64,000 nt of DNA. Source: a virus (Duplodnaviria; Caudoviricetes). A program made the position numbers and the translations under genes. The notes under the pieces were generated by a model. That model saw only the letters and a list, made by a program, of their open reading frames with translations, was not told where the DNA came from and ran no database searches. Positions 21,864 through 30,737 of the stretch are shown here, piece by piece (positions within the stretch are counted from its first letter, which is position 1; each line of letters starts with the position of its first letter). The stretch covers positions 1 through 64,000 of IMG/VR virus record IMGVR_UViG_3300006217_000025. One strand, given 5' to 3'.

Positions 21864-23383
21864 TATTCATTTGCCTCCCGTTTATCTCTAGAAGCTTCAC
21901 CGGAATCAGACATATCATTGCCGGATTCTTCTGATGTAGGTCTTCCGACAACTAACTCATTACCATTAGATGTGCTCGATGTTGCTAGAGGAACAAACAA
22001 ACTTTGAAGATTCAGAGCTTGATTGAATTTTGCCATAGATATAGTTTCAAGTTCAGAGAAACCATTCAATGTATTTAATAGCATAGCCACAGGGGCACCA
22101 AAATTCATATCCTTGATAAGACTATCTTTATATTCTTTTTTTGTATATTTAGTTACTTCTAAAAATTTAACTTTAGCTGGATTTTTCAATTGATAGCTCA
22201 GCCATCTGTTTAACCAAGCTTCTGTTTGAGGTAATAATGAACTAATTGCATAGTCTTCATCACTTTTAATTGCAGCACTATATGCTGTTGTACCTTGAGG
22301 TGGACATAATGTTTGAACCCCTCCAGATGTAGTTAGTACAGCTTTTGTTGCATTTTCTATTTTGCTAACATCTTGTGCTTGATCATGATTAAATTCAATT
22401 GTTTCGATTTCCACAGGACTAACAATTTTCTCCGTATAGTCTGGTGCTTCAAATCTATTAGCATATTCGACCGTAGTGGTTGGGTCAACTGCAAAATCAT
22501 TGACTTCTTTACTGCCACTGATTAAAGGCATTCGGAAAACTAACAATTTATAAATTTGCATTTCATCTGCGATTGCGGTTATTTCGTTTAAATCCTCAAG
22601 ATTAATTAGACTATTAAATAAAGCAATGTAAGGTGGGAGAGGGGTTTCCCAGTCATCTATATTAACTTTCAGACACAAGCAGTTTTTGTCTGGCATAGGT
22701 TGCCATCTTCCTTTAACTGTATTTTTCTGATACTCTTTATACATAGAAGTAAATGGTTCTCCCCACATTTCAAGTTGCTCTTTTCTACGAGTAAAATATG
22801 CCATGTCCATATCAAAAGCCAAATCACCTGTTGGATATATAGCAGTTACTTTACAGTAATCTGGATCTAAGGGTAGAACAAAGAATCCGGTATCATCAGA
22901 ATATACACATCCATAAAATACGTCTTCTCGCCAACAAACAATATACGCTTTTAATAATTCTAATGGTAAATTCATTTTGTTAATCAATAAAGATGTTTCA
23001 TAAAATGAATTCAGCAAATCATCTGTTTTCGCTTCTTTTTTATAATTAGTATTTATTGGTATTATCGTTCTTAGATTCAAATCAATCATGTTAGCGTTAT
23101 AATGAATTATTCTTCGATATACTTGTGAACGATAGTACAAATATCTACTTAAGTTTCTTAAATTCACATAGTTTGAAAGAGGGTTTTTTAAGAATGTTCT
23201 AAGCTGTTCTTTGTTAAAGGTGCTAAACACTTTAGTGTTTGAGGAACTCGGATCAAGCATTTGTAAAGCTTCTTTAGAGCGTTCAAAATTTTCTAAGTTT
23301 GCTTTGTTTTTAGCGTACCATTCTCTTATTTCTGAAACGCTTGGTGAATTTGGAGTGCCAATCTTTTCTTCATTATTATCTAT
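21863..23383 (-). CDS. Portal protein; probable non-canonical ATA start at 23383
   Basis: Between terminase and protease; frame open 41 codons upstream of the first ATG (23260) with no ATG/GTG/TTG; GAAAGGAGGG RBS 8 nt before ATA. Confidence 0.8.
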   Translation of the reverse strand: MDNNEEKIGTPNSPSVSEIREWYAKNKANLENFERSKEALQMLDPSSSNTKVFSTFNKEQLRTFLKNPLSNYVNLRNLSRYLYYRSQVYRRIIHYNANMIDLNLRTIIPINTNYKKEAKTDDLLNSFYETSLLINKMNLPLELLKAYIVCWREDVFYGCVYSDDTGFFVLPLDPDYCKVTAIYPTGDLAFDMDMAYFTRRKEQLEMWGEPFTSMYKEYQKNTVKGRWQPMPDKNCLCLKVNIDDWETPLPPYIALFNSLINLEDLNEITAIADEMQIYKLLVFRMPLISGSKEVNDFAVDPTTTVEYANRFEAPDYTEKIVSPVEIETIEFNHDQAQDVSKIENATKAVLTTSGGVQTLCPPQGTTAYSAAIKSDEDYAISSLLPQTEAWLNRWLSYQLKNPAKVKFLEVTKYTKKEYKDSLIKDMNFGAPVAMLLNTLNGFSELETISMAKFNQALNLQSLFVPLATSSTSNGNELVVGRPTSEESGNDMSDSGEASRDKREANE

Positions 23384-23400
23384 AATATAACCCTCCTTTC

Positions 23401-25476
23401 TTAATTGAACTTATATTTTCGTGTTGCTTTCTTATTATTTGAATACAACAAGTCTATTAAACTGCTCGTTGTATTTTTTTTTTGTTTTCTACTTCGTAAA
23501 CTTTCTTCACGTCTTGTTTGATATAAGGCATATCCTAGCATTGCAGTAACATAGGCTTTATCATCATGAATTCTATTTCTTTTTTCTGGTGCAAGTTCAA
23601 AACTGTCTTTAGTTCCAGTTTTTTTAATACGAACCATATTGACTAATTCTTCTTTTAAAGAATCTATGTTCCCGAGTGCCGCTTCATCTTGAATATCCAA
23701 TCTAACATTTTGAGTATCTATAATATCCGATTTAGTAATTTCATTTTCAATAATTTGATTAATTTCTTCATCTGTTTTACCTTTATTCTTGTGCTTAGAT
23801 ATCAAATCCTTACGAATTTTGGCAACTTTTTTTTCATCTCTGTTTACAATGGTGAGATATCCTTTATTGTCATATGTAGCCGTAAATTTTAAATGATTTT
23901 CAGTAATCATTTGTATTAATGCCTCATACATATCAGCTTTATATTGTCCGGGATTTAATAGCTTTACTTTATCTATGGCTTCTGGAAACATTTTGGCTTC
24001 GTCTCCAGAATATTTTTTATCAATAAGACCTCTATGCAATTCTCCATTAGAATCAGTCCAATCAAATCTTAAGAAATCAGCAATAGCTAAAGCTTGCCCT
24101 CCAGAGCCAGCATCAATATAAACACCTAAAATATTGCTATAGTGTTCATCTCCCCCTTGATTATAATCCAATATAATTTCACGAAGTGCATTAATTTGAT
24201 TAGGTATATTCATAGGTTTTTTATCTTTTTTTAAATAATCAAACAAAGTAATGCAATTGACAATACGTGCTTCATACCCTTTGTTTTTTTCAAAATAAAC
24301 TTCCCCAACTAAAACAACAGAATTATCTGTCATACGAGCAGGGTCATAACAAATAAAAAACTTTTTTTCCCCAGTATCATTATAGAGTAGGGGACGTCGC
24401 ACTTCTTCATTCCTTGCAATCATACTCCTTCTAATAATTGCATCTTTTCCTGCGTCTGAAGTGAATTCACAATAATATTCTCTACGTGCCTTTTCTGGAT
24501 TAGTTTTTAATGCTGTATCTATTTTATCTTGAGTTAAAGCAGATTTCATTGGTTTTCCTTTTACTGTAGGGTTCATCACTAAGTCGCAATCAATATGTGC
24601 TACAAAGTAGTTTGGATCACCAATTATCATTTTTTTTGTAAATTCAACATATAATCTATAAAATTCTGTATCTGTGCTTGAGGCAGATGACACATAAATC
24701 AATTGATTCGGTATTTCTTTTGGCAGAGTAGCATAGTGGACATAATCCATATCAGAACCATCGTCGTTAACTCCAGTCTTAAATCCCTTTTCAACAGCAC
24801 AGAATGCTTCATATACTTTAATTAAGTCTGCTGGTAAAAATCCACACTCATCGAATATAACACAATCTGCTCGAGCTCCACGATTTTTATCTACTGATGA
24901 GTTCAAAGTCATAGTAAATGCACCATTAAACAAATTATAGGTAAACCCAGCAGGATTATGGCTAAAACCATCACCGCTAGCAGCATTGATTTCAACTTCA
25001 TTTTTAAATATTGATCCAGTGCTGTTTAATAAACTTGAAATTCTATCATTTGCTATGTCCTCTAATTTTTTAAAGGTGGTAGCAGATTGTTGACCACTAC
25101 CCGAAGCAATATAACAATTCCAAGGGTAACTAGAAAGCATCTGTTTCGACATAATAAATAATACAACTAAAAAAGACTTCCCATAGGCACGAGAAGCGAC
25201 CAATAAAACGTTCTGAGTATTCCACATACTCTGAATAATGTAGGACTGACTGTCAATCAATTGTATATTAAAAAAGTCCCTGATAAATCTAACAGGATTT
25301 TCTTGATAATATTTTCTATACTTTGCTATTCTTTTATACCCTTGTACTTTTCTTGAACTTAATGAAAATTCTTTATTAGGAGCATATAAATGTTTAACCC
25401 CAAGTATTTCTCTAACAAAATCAGCTCCATACACACATTGTTGGGCAATCCGGTCATCATAAAAATCCACTAACAT
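23401..25476 (-). CDS. terL: Terminase large subunit
   Basis: Walker A ASRAYGKS, Walker B VIFDE, RNase H-like nuclease YDPA...HDD. Confidence 0.9.
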   Translation of the reverse strand: MLVDFYDDRIAQQCVYGADFVREILGVKHLYAPNKEFSLSSRKVQGYKRIAKYRKYYQENPVRFIRDFFNIQLIDSQSYIIQSMWNTQNVLLVASRAYGKSFLVVLFIMSKQMLSSYPWNCYIASGSGQQSATTFKKLEDIANDRISSLLNSTGSIFKNEVEINAASGDGFSHNPAGFTYNLFNGAFTMTLNSSVDKNRGARADCVIFDECGFLPADLIKVYEAFCAVEKGFKTGVNDDGSDMDYVHYATLPKEIPNQLIYVSSASSTDTEFYRLYVEFTKKMIIGDPNYFVAHIDCDLVMNPTVKGKPMKSALTQDKIDTALKTNPEKARREYYCEFTSDAGKDAIIRRSMIARNEEVRRPLLYNDTGEKKFFICYDPARMTDNSVVLVGEVYFEKNKGYEARIVNCITLFDYLKKDKKPMNIPNQINALREIILDYNQGGDEHYSNILGVYIDAGSGGQALAIADFLRFDWTDSNGELHRGLIDKKYSGDEAKMFPEAIDKVKLLNPGQYKADMYEALIQMITENHLKFTATYDNKGYLTIVNRDEKKVAKIRKDLISKHKNKGKTDEEINQIIENEITKSDIIDTQNVRLDIQDEAALGNIDSLKEELVNMVRIKKTGTKDSFELAPEKRNRIHDDKAYVTAMLGYALYQTRREESLRSRKQKKNTTSSLIDLLYSNNKKATRKYKFN

Positions 25477-25478
25477 AA

Positions 25479-26717
25479 TTATACCCCAATATATGTGTCA
25501 ACTAATTCATCTAAGTTAATCAAATCATAATCACTAATCATATTCTTTTTAATAAGATTTTCTCGTAAATCTAAATTTTCTATCAATAATATGCGGAGAG
25601 CTTCTTTATATGATTCGGCTAATTTATTAGCTTTTAGTAATTTTTCTCGTTGTTCAGCAACAATATCTGCATAATCTGAATCATCAAGTTTTATAGCTCT
25701 TACCATAGCTTCTGCACTTATTTCAGCGACTTGTGTCATCCCTTTGCATGTTCCAATGTCAAATCCGTTTATATCTTTGTCTCGAATGTTAAGGTCTTTG
25801 AGTTTCTTAAGTTTCCCTGTCCAAGTGTTTTCACCTTTCTTTGCATTCCTGCTGTTCTTTAATGAAATACAGCTTTCAGCAGCTAATTTTATTACCATTT
25901 CTTGAAGCTTCTGTTTGCTCTCGTTCAAAGACTTAATTGCCGAAGCATTAGCAGCAATAGCTTTTGCGTCTATCATATAAACGGAAATTGCGGCATCTAT
26001 CTTTTGAATTTGCAAAAAGTTTCGAACAATAGATACTATAGAATTTGTTCTCATCATATCATCATTATTGCTTTCATCACCCCTATCTAACATTCCTAAC
26101 AGTTGCGAATATAAAAATGGTTGATCATCAACTGGTTCAGCTAAAAATGGATCGTAGCCGATAAGTCTTTTGACATCTTCTTTATCTGTGATATATTGAT
26201 CGTAAACACTTTTATCTATTTTTTTTAAATAATTATCATCTTTTTCATCCTCATAAATAATAGGGGCTACATTTGTAAACATATCTGAATTTTCAAATGT
26301 CATTTGATTATAATTTTTTAAAGAAACATTTTTCATATAGCAGAAGAACACATCTCTATATCTGCCGGTTCTGCTTGATTCAGACTCTTGGATGCTAGAA
26401 TTATAGATAGTTTCTAAGAATGGTTTATCTAGATAGCGCAAAGCTTTTATTAGAGATTCTCTTGTTACAGAATGCTCTTTCCCATTATCATCAACCCGTC
26501 TGGCTATATTTGTTGCACATTGTTTACAAATGGGAGTTGTTCCAGACTTTCTTAATGGATCAGTGCTCATATAAAACATATCTTTTGGTTTATGCTTATC
26601 ACAGAGAGAACAATGTGCACCATCTTCAATTTCATCAAGACGTTTTGTCAACATTTCATTGTGTTTTTTTAATTGTGCCATTGTAGTCGTTGGTTTTTTT
26701 GTACTAGTTCTTGCCAT
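25479..26717 (-). CDS. Zn-finger protein, putative terminase small subunit
   Basis: CSLC...PICKQC; directly upstream of terL as in SPbeta. Confidence 0.5.
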   Translation of the reverse strand: MARTSTKKPTTTMAQLKKHNEMLTKRLDEIEDGAHCSLCDKHKPKDMFYMSTDPLRKSGTTPICKQCATNIARRVDDNGKEHSVTRESLIKALRYLDKPFLETIYNSSIQESESSRTGRYRDVFFCYMKNVSLKNYNQMTFENSDMFTNVAPIIYEDEKDDNYLKKIDKSVYDQYITDKEDVKRLIGYDPFLAEPVDDQPFLYSQLLGMLDRGDESNNDDMMRTNSIVSIVRNFLQIQKIDAAISVYMIDAKAIAANASAIKSLNESKQKLQEMVIKLAAESCISLKNSRNAKKGENTWTGKLKKLKDLNIRDKDINGFDIGTCKGMTQVAEISAEAMVRAIKLDDSDYADIVAEQREKLLKANKLAESYKEALRILLIENLDLRENLIKKNMISDYDLINLDELVDTYIGV

Positions 26718-26739
26718 AAATAAATACCACCTTTACGAT

Positions 26740-27054
26740 TTAAGACAGTAAAGTATTGTCATTCTCATCAATTTTATATGTTTCATTCTCATCATCAATT
26801 AAATTGTCTACTTGTTTTGAAATATCAAAAATAACATTTGATTGTTGTTTTGCAAGATTTTTATAAATATTTGATAAATTAGTAGCAAATCCTTTAAGTA
26901 AATACATAGATTTTTCAATTTCATATTCATTTAAATTCAAATTATTTTTAAATACTTTTTCAGCTTCTGAGATATAATTGTCTATAATTTCTAACACCTC
27001 ATTTAACAACAAAGCATCTTCTGCACATGTGACTAGTTTCATATAATTCACCAA
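26740..27054 (-). CDS. Hypothetical protein
   Basis: ORF track. Confidence 0.55.
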   Translation of the reverse strand: MVNYMKLVTCAEDALLLNEVLEIIDNYISEAEKVFKNNLNLNEYEIEKSMYLLKGFATNLSNIYKNLAKQQSNVIFDISKQVDNLIDDENETYKIDENDNTLLS

Positions 27055-27057
27055 ACC

Positions 27058-27333
27058 TTATTGGTTTAAAGAGCATTCATCATGTTTACAATCAAATGCG
27101 ATACATAATTTACAAATGTTAATAGAGTCGAGAATTTCATCCATTGAATCATAGAAAAGATCTAAAAACTCGCTCAAAGTATCTCGTATAGTAAGCTTTT
27201 TTGTATAACTCAAATCCTCATCATATGTATTATTCATTAAAATACCGCAAGTACCTTCTACTAACTTACATAATTCCCTAGTTGTATCTAATTTAGCTTT
27301 TTCATAAATATCTTGTGCTAATTGTTTGTCCAT
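27058..27333 (-). CDS. Hypothetical protein
   Basis: AAGGAG RBS then ATG at 27333. Confidence 0.6.
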   Translation of the reverse strand: MDKQLAQDIYEKAKLDTTRELCKLVEGTCGILMNNTYDEDLSYTKKLTIRDTLSEFLDLFYDSMDEILDSINICKLCIAFDCKHDECSLNQ

Positions 27334-27484
27334 TTTAGTTTCTCCTTTATTTTTTATTAGTCTTTGGATGAACGGCATGTAATACAGATTCTAATCCATT
27401 TTCGTTTAAAAATATTTTTAACGGAAAAGAGTAGTAATAAAAATACTTATTTATATCTAACTTACCTTTCTTTTATAATTTAAC

Positions 27485-28699
27485 CTAGTTTAATTCAACA
27501 TTATAAATACACTCAACACCATTGCTATTACAAACTAACAATGTTTGAGATGAATTTCCTGTTAATCTTTTTTCAATCGTATAATCATCACCAGAACCAG
27601 CCAAACTTCCACTTTGAATAACTTTAACTCCATTAAACTCCATCATAGCAGGAGAGTGGTTATGTCCTCTTAATATTGCATGTGGGAAACAGCCCACCAT
27701 CATACAAATATTAGATACACTTTGTTTAGTCATACTATCATAGTCACCATGTACAGCTAAATAAAATTTATTGCATACACTTAAATCTGCAATACCATTA
27801 TCTATATTTCTATGACTCATGTAATGAAAATTTTCAATATGATTTAAAGACAAGGCAACAGCCCAACCAATAACATCATCAAGTCTTTCATTGTGTAAAG
27901 CATCATCTTTTCTGTCAATTCTTGAATGATTTCCACTTACATTCGTAAATTGTACACATTGGAATATTTTAGTTAATTCATAGCAAAATGACGAAATATA
28001 TTCTGTAGTCAATTTAATTTGCTCAATAACATTTTCTTTATTTGTAATAGCAATACTTTTGTGAATTGATCCTGACAGTAAATCGCCGAGTCCAACTACA
28101 TGAACTTTCCAAACATTATGTAATTCTGCAACTTCTTTAATTTTATCTAAATATTTGTTTAATCTTTCTTTTGCTATGTCAGAGTTATATTTACCAAATA
28201 TAGAATCAAATGTTTGTCCTATATGCAAATCAGAAAGACAAACAATCATTTCTTTTCCAGTTGCTGAAACAAGTGGGGGAATGTGAACTTCAAAATTCAC
28301 TTTACCTAATTCTTTTAATTCTTCTTCAAGTAAAGAAAGAGTTTCAAATGCTCTAGCATCTGCATAGTTTTGCCTTTGCCAAGCATTTCGCTGGTCACGA
28401 TACTGTATTCTAGCTCTCTCTAACTCTCTTTTCTTTTCATCTAATTTAGCCAAATATTCATCATCAAAATCATTTGCTTGTTTTTCGTCAAAGTATTGTT
28501 TAACAAAATAAGAACCGAAAATGCCTGTACAATTTTTACGTAAATGGTCATGATTAATAGGGAGATTATATCTATCTACAATATCTTGCCATTCATCATC
28601 ACTTTCTCTGTTCATTTTCGCAAAGCAATCATTTATAATTTTTTCATATGTTTCTTTGTCAATATTCTTTTTTTTTAATGTTTGCTCAATATTATCCAA
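27485..28699 (-). CDS. Calcineurin-like metallophosphoesterase (SPbeta YonJ-like)
   Basis: SDLHIG, GLGDLLSG, SGNHSR, VHGD, GHNH motifs. Confidence 0.85.
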   Translation of the reverse strand: MDNIEQTLKKKNIDKETYEKIINDCFAKMNRESDDEWQDIVDRYNLPINHDHLRKNCTGIFGSYFVKQYFDEKQANDFDDEYLAKLDEKKRELERARIQYRDQRNAWQRQNYADARAFETLSLLEEELKELGKVNFEVHIPPLVSATGKEMIVCLSDLHIGQTFDSIFGKYNSDIAKERLNKYLDKIKEVAELHNVWKVHVVGLGDLLSGSIHKSIAITNKENVIEQIKLTTEYISSFCYELTKIFQCVQFTNVSGNHSRIDRKDDALHNERLDDVIGWAVALSLNHIENFHYMSHRNIDNGIADLSVCNKFYLAVHGDYDSMTKQSVSNICMMVGCFPHAILRGHNHSPAMMEFNGVKVIQSGSLAGSGDDYTIEKRLTGNSSQTLLVCNSNGVECIYNVELN

Positions 28700-28713
28700 A
28701 AATAGTCACATCC

Positions 28714-28872
28714 TTAATGCTTTCTAAGCGTATTTAAAGCGTTCATATTTTTTCTTAATTCGGTCATATAATAATGTCTCTTTTTGCTTTGTGTTCCATA
28801 AATATCTTTTCCAAAAATTAGTCCATAATTATTTTCTAGTTCGAATCTTTCTTTCTTTGTAATTTTAATCAA
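28714..28872 (-). CDS. Small basic hypothetical protein (52 aa), not in the track
   Basis: GAAAGAGG RBS, TTG start, MIKITKKERFELENNYG... Confidence 0.55.
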   Translation of the reverse strand: MIKITKKERFELENNYGLIFGKDIYGTQSKKRHYYMTELRKNMNALNTLRKH

Positions 28873-28901
28873 ATTTTATCCCTCTTTCTCATATATGTTT
28901 T

Positions 28902-28975
28902 TGGTAGCAGCAACAAGAATTGAACTTGTATTATACGATTATTAGTCGCAAGTTTTACCATTAAACTATGCCACT
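28902..28975 (-). tRNA. tRNA-Ile(AAU)
   Basis: Full cloverleaf, 3' CCA; anticodon stem UGCGA/UCGUA, loop CU-AAU-AA. Confidence 0.85.
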
Positions 28976-29162
28976 ATAATAGAAAAGACCTATGTTTCCA
29001 TAAGTCTTCTTCCGCACCGAGTGCCATTTAATTGTAATTGTAATTTAAGAATCTCTTTCTACTCTAGGCAGATAAGCTAAATTTGTGCCAATAAAGATAA
29101 TTAAGAATTTATCTCCATGTTAAAAAATAGAAATATTGTCCATTATATAATGCTAACATTTA

Positions 29163-29248
29163 TGGTGGATGTTCTTAGACTCGCACTAAGGGTGTTTCTT
29201 ACGTCACAGCTTTACAGGCTGCTGCCATCGCTACTAGGCTAAACATCC
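29163..29248 (-). tRNA. tRNA-Tyr(GUA) with atypical T-loop
   Basis: GGAUGUU/AACAUCC acceptor stem, loop CU-GUA-AA, long variable arm, T-loop UGCGAGU, CCA. Confidence 0.85.
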
Positions 29249-29256
29249 ATATTTTT

Positions 29257-29347
29257 TGGCGCACAACTGAGGTGTCGATCCCCAAACGTATCTCTACGTT
29301 CCCACTGTTTTCAAGACAGGTGCTAAGGCCGCTTAGCGTAGTTGTGC
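29257..29347 (-). tRNA. tRNA-Ser(UGA) with 8/4 fold and tRNA-Sec-like D arm
   Basis: 8-bp acceptor GCACAACU/AGUUGUGC, 6-bp D stem GCUAAG/CUUAGC with 4-nt loop CGGC, loop CU-UGA-AA, long V arm, 4-bp T stem, G73, CCA. Confidence 0.75.
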
Positions 29348-29399
29348 ATGGCGTGAATGCTAAAAGTCGAACCGAACATATATGGTGAACAATCATGTT

Positions 29400-29900
29400 A
29401 GTTAAAAACAATAGATTTTCATCTATACATCACTTAGCAGGTGAGTCCTAAGACCTCTTAGGTTTAATGTGCAAGATATATAAGAGGTTTTCGCATTTTT
29501 TTACTCCATAAGTCTGTAATCCTTCGTTCCCGGCTACTCCTTTACAACTCATTATTTCAACATTATGGCTTGTTTAGAGATTAGCTTTTCTCAAATCTTC
29601 TCTTATATTTTTGATATGCCTAGAAAAGTAAGTATACAATGCATTTTTGTTATACCATACCAAACACACAAACGTATATATATAAGTTCTATACACAATA
29701 TATAACTAGCCCCAACACGCTGTTATATCACATCTTCAGTCTGCTGATCAAACAGAATTTACAGTCAATCACACACATATAAAGTTGCACAATATATTTT
29801 ATGATTTCTGCAATAGATGCTTACCAATAGGTCTTACGTATCTACTCAAAAAGTTTTCCATAATATTTTCTATAATTAGATGTAAGTGTTTTATTAGTTC
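29400..29900 (-). ncRNA. Candidate large structured ncRNA inside the tRNA cluster (ROOL/GOLLD-like context); boundaries approximate
   Basis: About 600 nt without a credible ORF between tRNAs; local stems such as AUAGAU-GAAA-AUCUAU, ACCUCUUA/UAAGAGGU and UUGCA/UGCAA. Confidence 0.4.
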
Positions 29901-29986
29901 CAATTAGTTGTATTCGTTTTATTAGCAAGAACAACATTTACATGACTGTAGATATTTTTATGAAAACATTAGTGTTATTTAATTAT

Positions 29987-30063
29987 TGGTTGCTAACGCC
30001 TTGGAGTTGAACCAAGTTTTCAAGGGGTATGAACCCTCGCAAGATACCGACCTTCCGCCAGCT
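29987..30063 (-). tRNA. Atypical tRNA(CAU) with initiator-like features
   Basis: Loop UU-CAU-AC, GGG/CCC at the base of the anticodon stem, 1:72 mismatch, short D loop CGGU, CCA. Confidence 0.6.
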
Positions 30064-30067
30064 ATAT

Positions 30068-30144
30068 TGGTGGACTCTGTAGGATTCGAACCTACAATCT
30101 TTCGGTTATGAGCCGACAGCTTTAACCAACTAAGCTAAGAGTCC
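30068..30144 (-). tRNA. tRNA(CAU), probably Ile2 (lysidine type)
   Basis: Canonical cloverleaf GGACUCU.../AGAGUCC-A-CCA, loop CU-CAU-AA; closely resembles Bacillota tRNA-Ile2. Confidence 0.85.
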
Positions 30145-30160
30145 GAAAGATAACAAAATT

Positions 30161-30244
30161 TGGTGTGGGTAGTAGGATTCGAACCTACACGCCGAAGGCG
30201 CCTGATTCTAAGTCAAGTGTGTCTGCCAGTTTCACCATACCCAC
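30161..30244 (-). tRNA. tRNA-Leu(UAG)
   Basis: Cloverleaf with long V arm, loop CU-UAG-AA, CCA. Confidence 0.9.
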
Positions 30245-30257
30245 AATTTTCATAAGA

Positions 30258-30335
30258 TGGGGGAGAAGAGAGGCCTCGAACCTCTGAAACAGAAAGAAGT
30301 GATTCACAGCTATCTGTTTTACCACCAAGTTAAAT
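30258..30335 (-). pseudogene. Degenerate tRNA (His-like remnant)
   Basis: T arm AGAGG-UUCGAGG-CCUCU and a CCA-like end, CU-GUG-AA loop, but no pairing 5' acceptor strand. Confidence 0.4.
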
Positions 30336-30526
30336 TAGCAGTTGGTTAATGTTAATTTCTTTCTTTTTTTACGATATTGTTTTTCCTTTTGATGTGCCAC
30401 ATATTTTTTTAATAATTTACAATTACCACAATTATTTTTGTTTTTGCAACACCAGCAATAATCTGTATCATCCCAAAACCATTCAGGGGGTTGTGGTTTT
30501 GCTTTTCTACGTTTTTTCTCTGCCAT
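30335..30526 (-). CDS. Small Cys-rich basic protein (63 aa)
   Basis: AGGAG RBS, ATG at 30526; CWCC...CGNC; the track's longer start lies inside tRNA-Pro. Confidence 0.65.
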   Translation of the reverse strand: MAEKKRRKAKPQPPEWFWDDTDYCWCCKNKNNCGNCKLLKKYVAHQKEKQYRKKRKKLTLTNC

Positions 30527-30558
30527 ATTTATTCTCCTAATTTGAAGTAAATATTTAA

Positions 30559-30635
30559 TGGTTGGGAAGACAGGATTCGAACCTGTGACCATCTAGTCCC
30601 AAACCAGATGCACTACCAAACTGTGCTACTTCCCA
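30559..30635 (-). tRNA. tRNA-Pro(UGG)
   Basis: Cloverleaf, loop UU-UGG-GA, CCA. Confidence 0.9.
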
Positions 30636-30640
30636 ATAAA

Positions 30641-30716
30641 TGGCGGGCACTACAGGATTTGAACCTGTGACCTATTGATTAACAGTCAACCGCTCTGCCA
30701 ACTGAGCTAAGCACCC
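30641..30716 (-). tRNA. tRNA-Asn(GUU)
   Basis: Cloverleaf, loop CU-GUU-AA, G73, CCA. Confidence 0.92.
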
Positions 30717-30737
30717 ATAAAGAGATGTAAATCATCT

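Noticed and set aside
23401-25476. Intein or intron in the long terminase or RNA polymerase genes
   Set aside because: No C...HN splice motifs, LAGLIDADG/HNH domains or frame breaks; the extra length is a charged helical insertion.
29008-29030. Resemblance to the tracrRNA terminal hairpin (GGCAC...TCGGTGC)
   Set aside because: Only a short match; no anti-repeat, CRISPR array or cas gene nearby.
29257-29347. Selenocysteine tRNA
   Set aside because: The anticodon reads UGA (Ser), not UCA, and the T stem is 4 bp; no selA/selB/selD genes in the window.
30527-30592. Extended 5' part of track ORF 30335-30592
   Set aside because: Overlaps tRNA-Pro; the real start is the ATG at 30526 with an AGGAG RBS.
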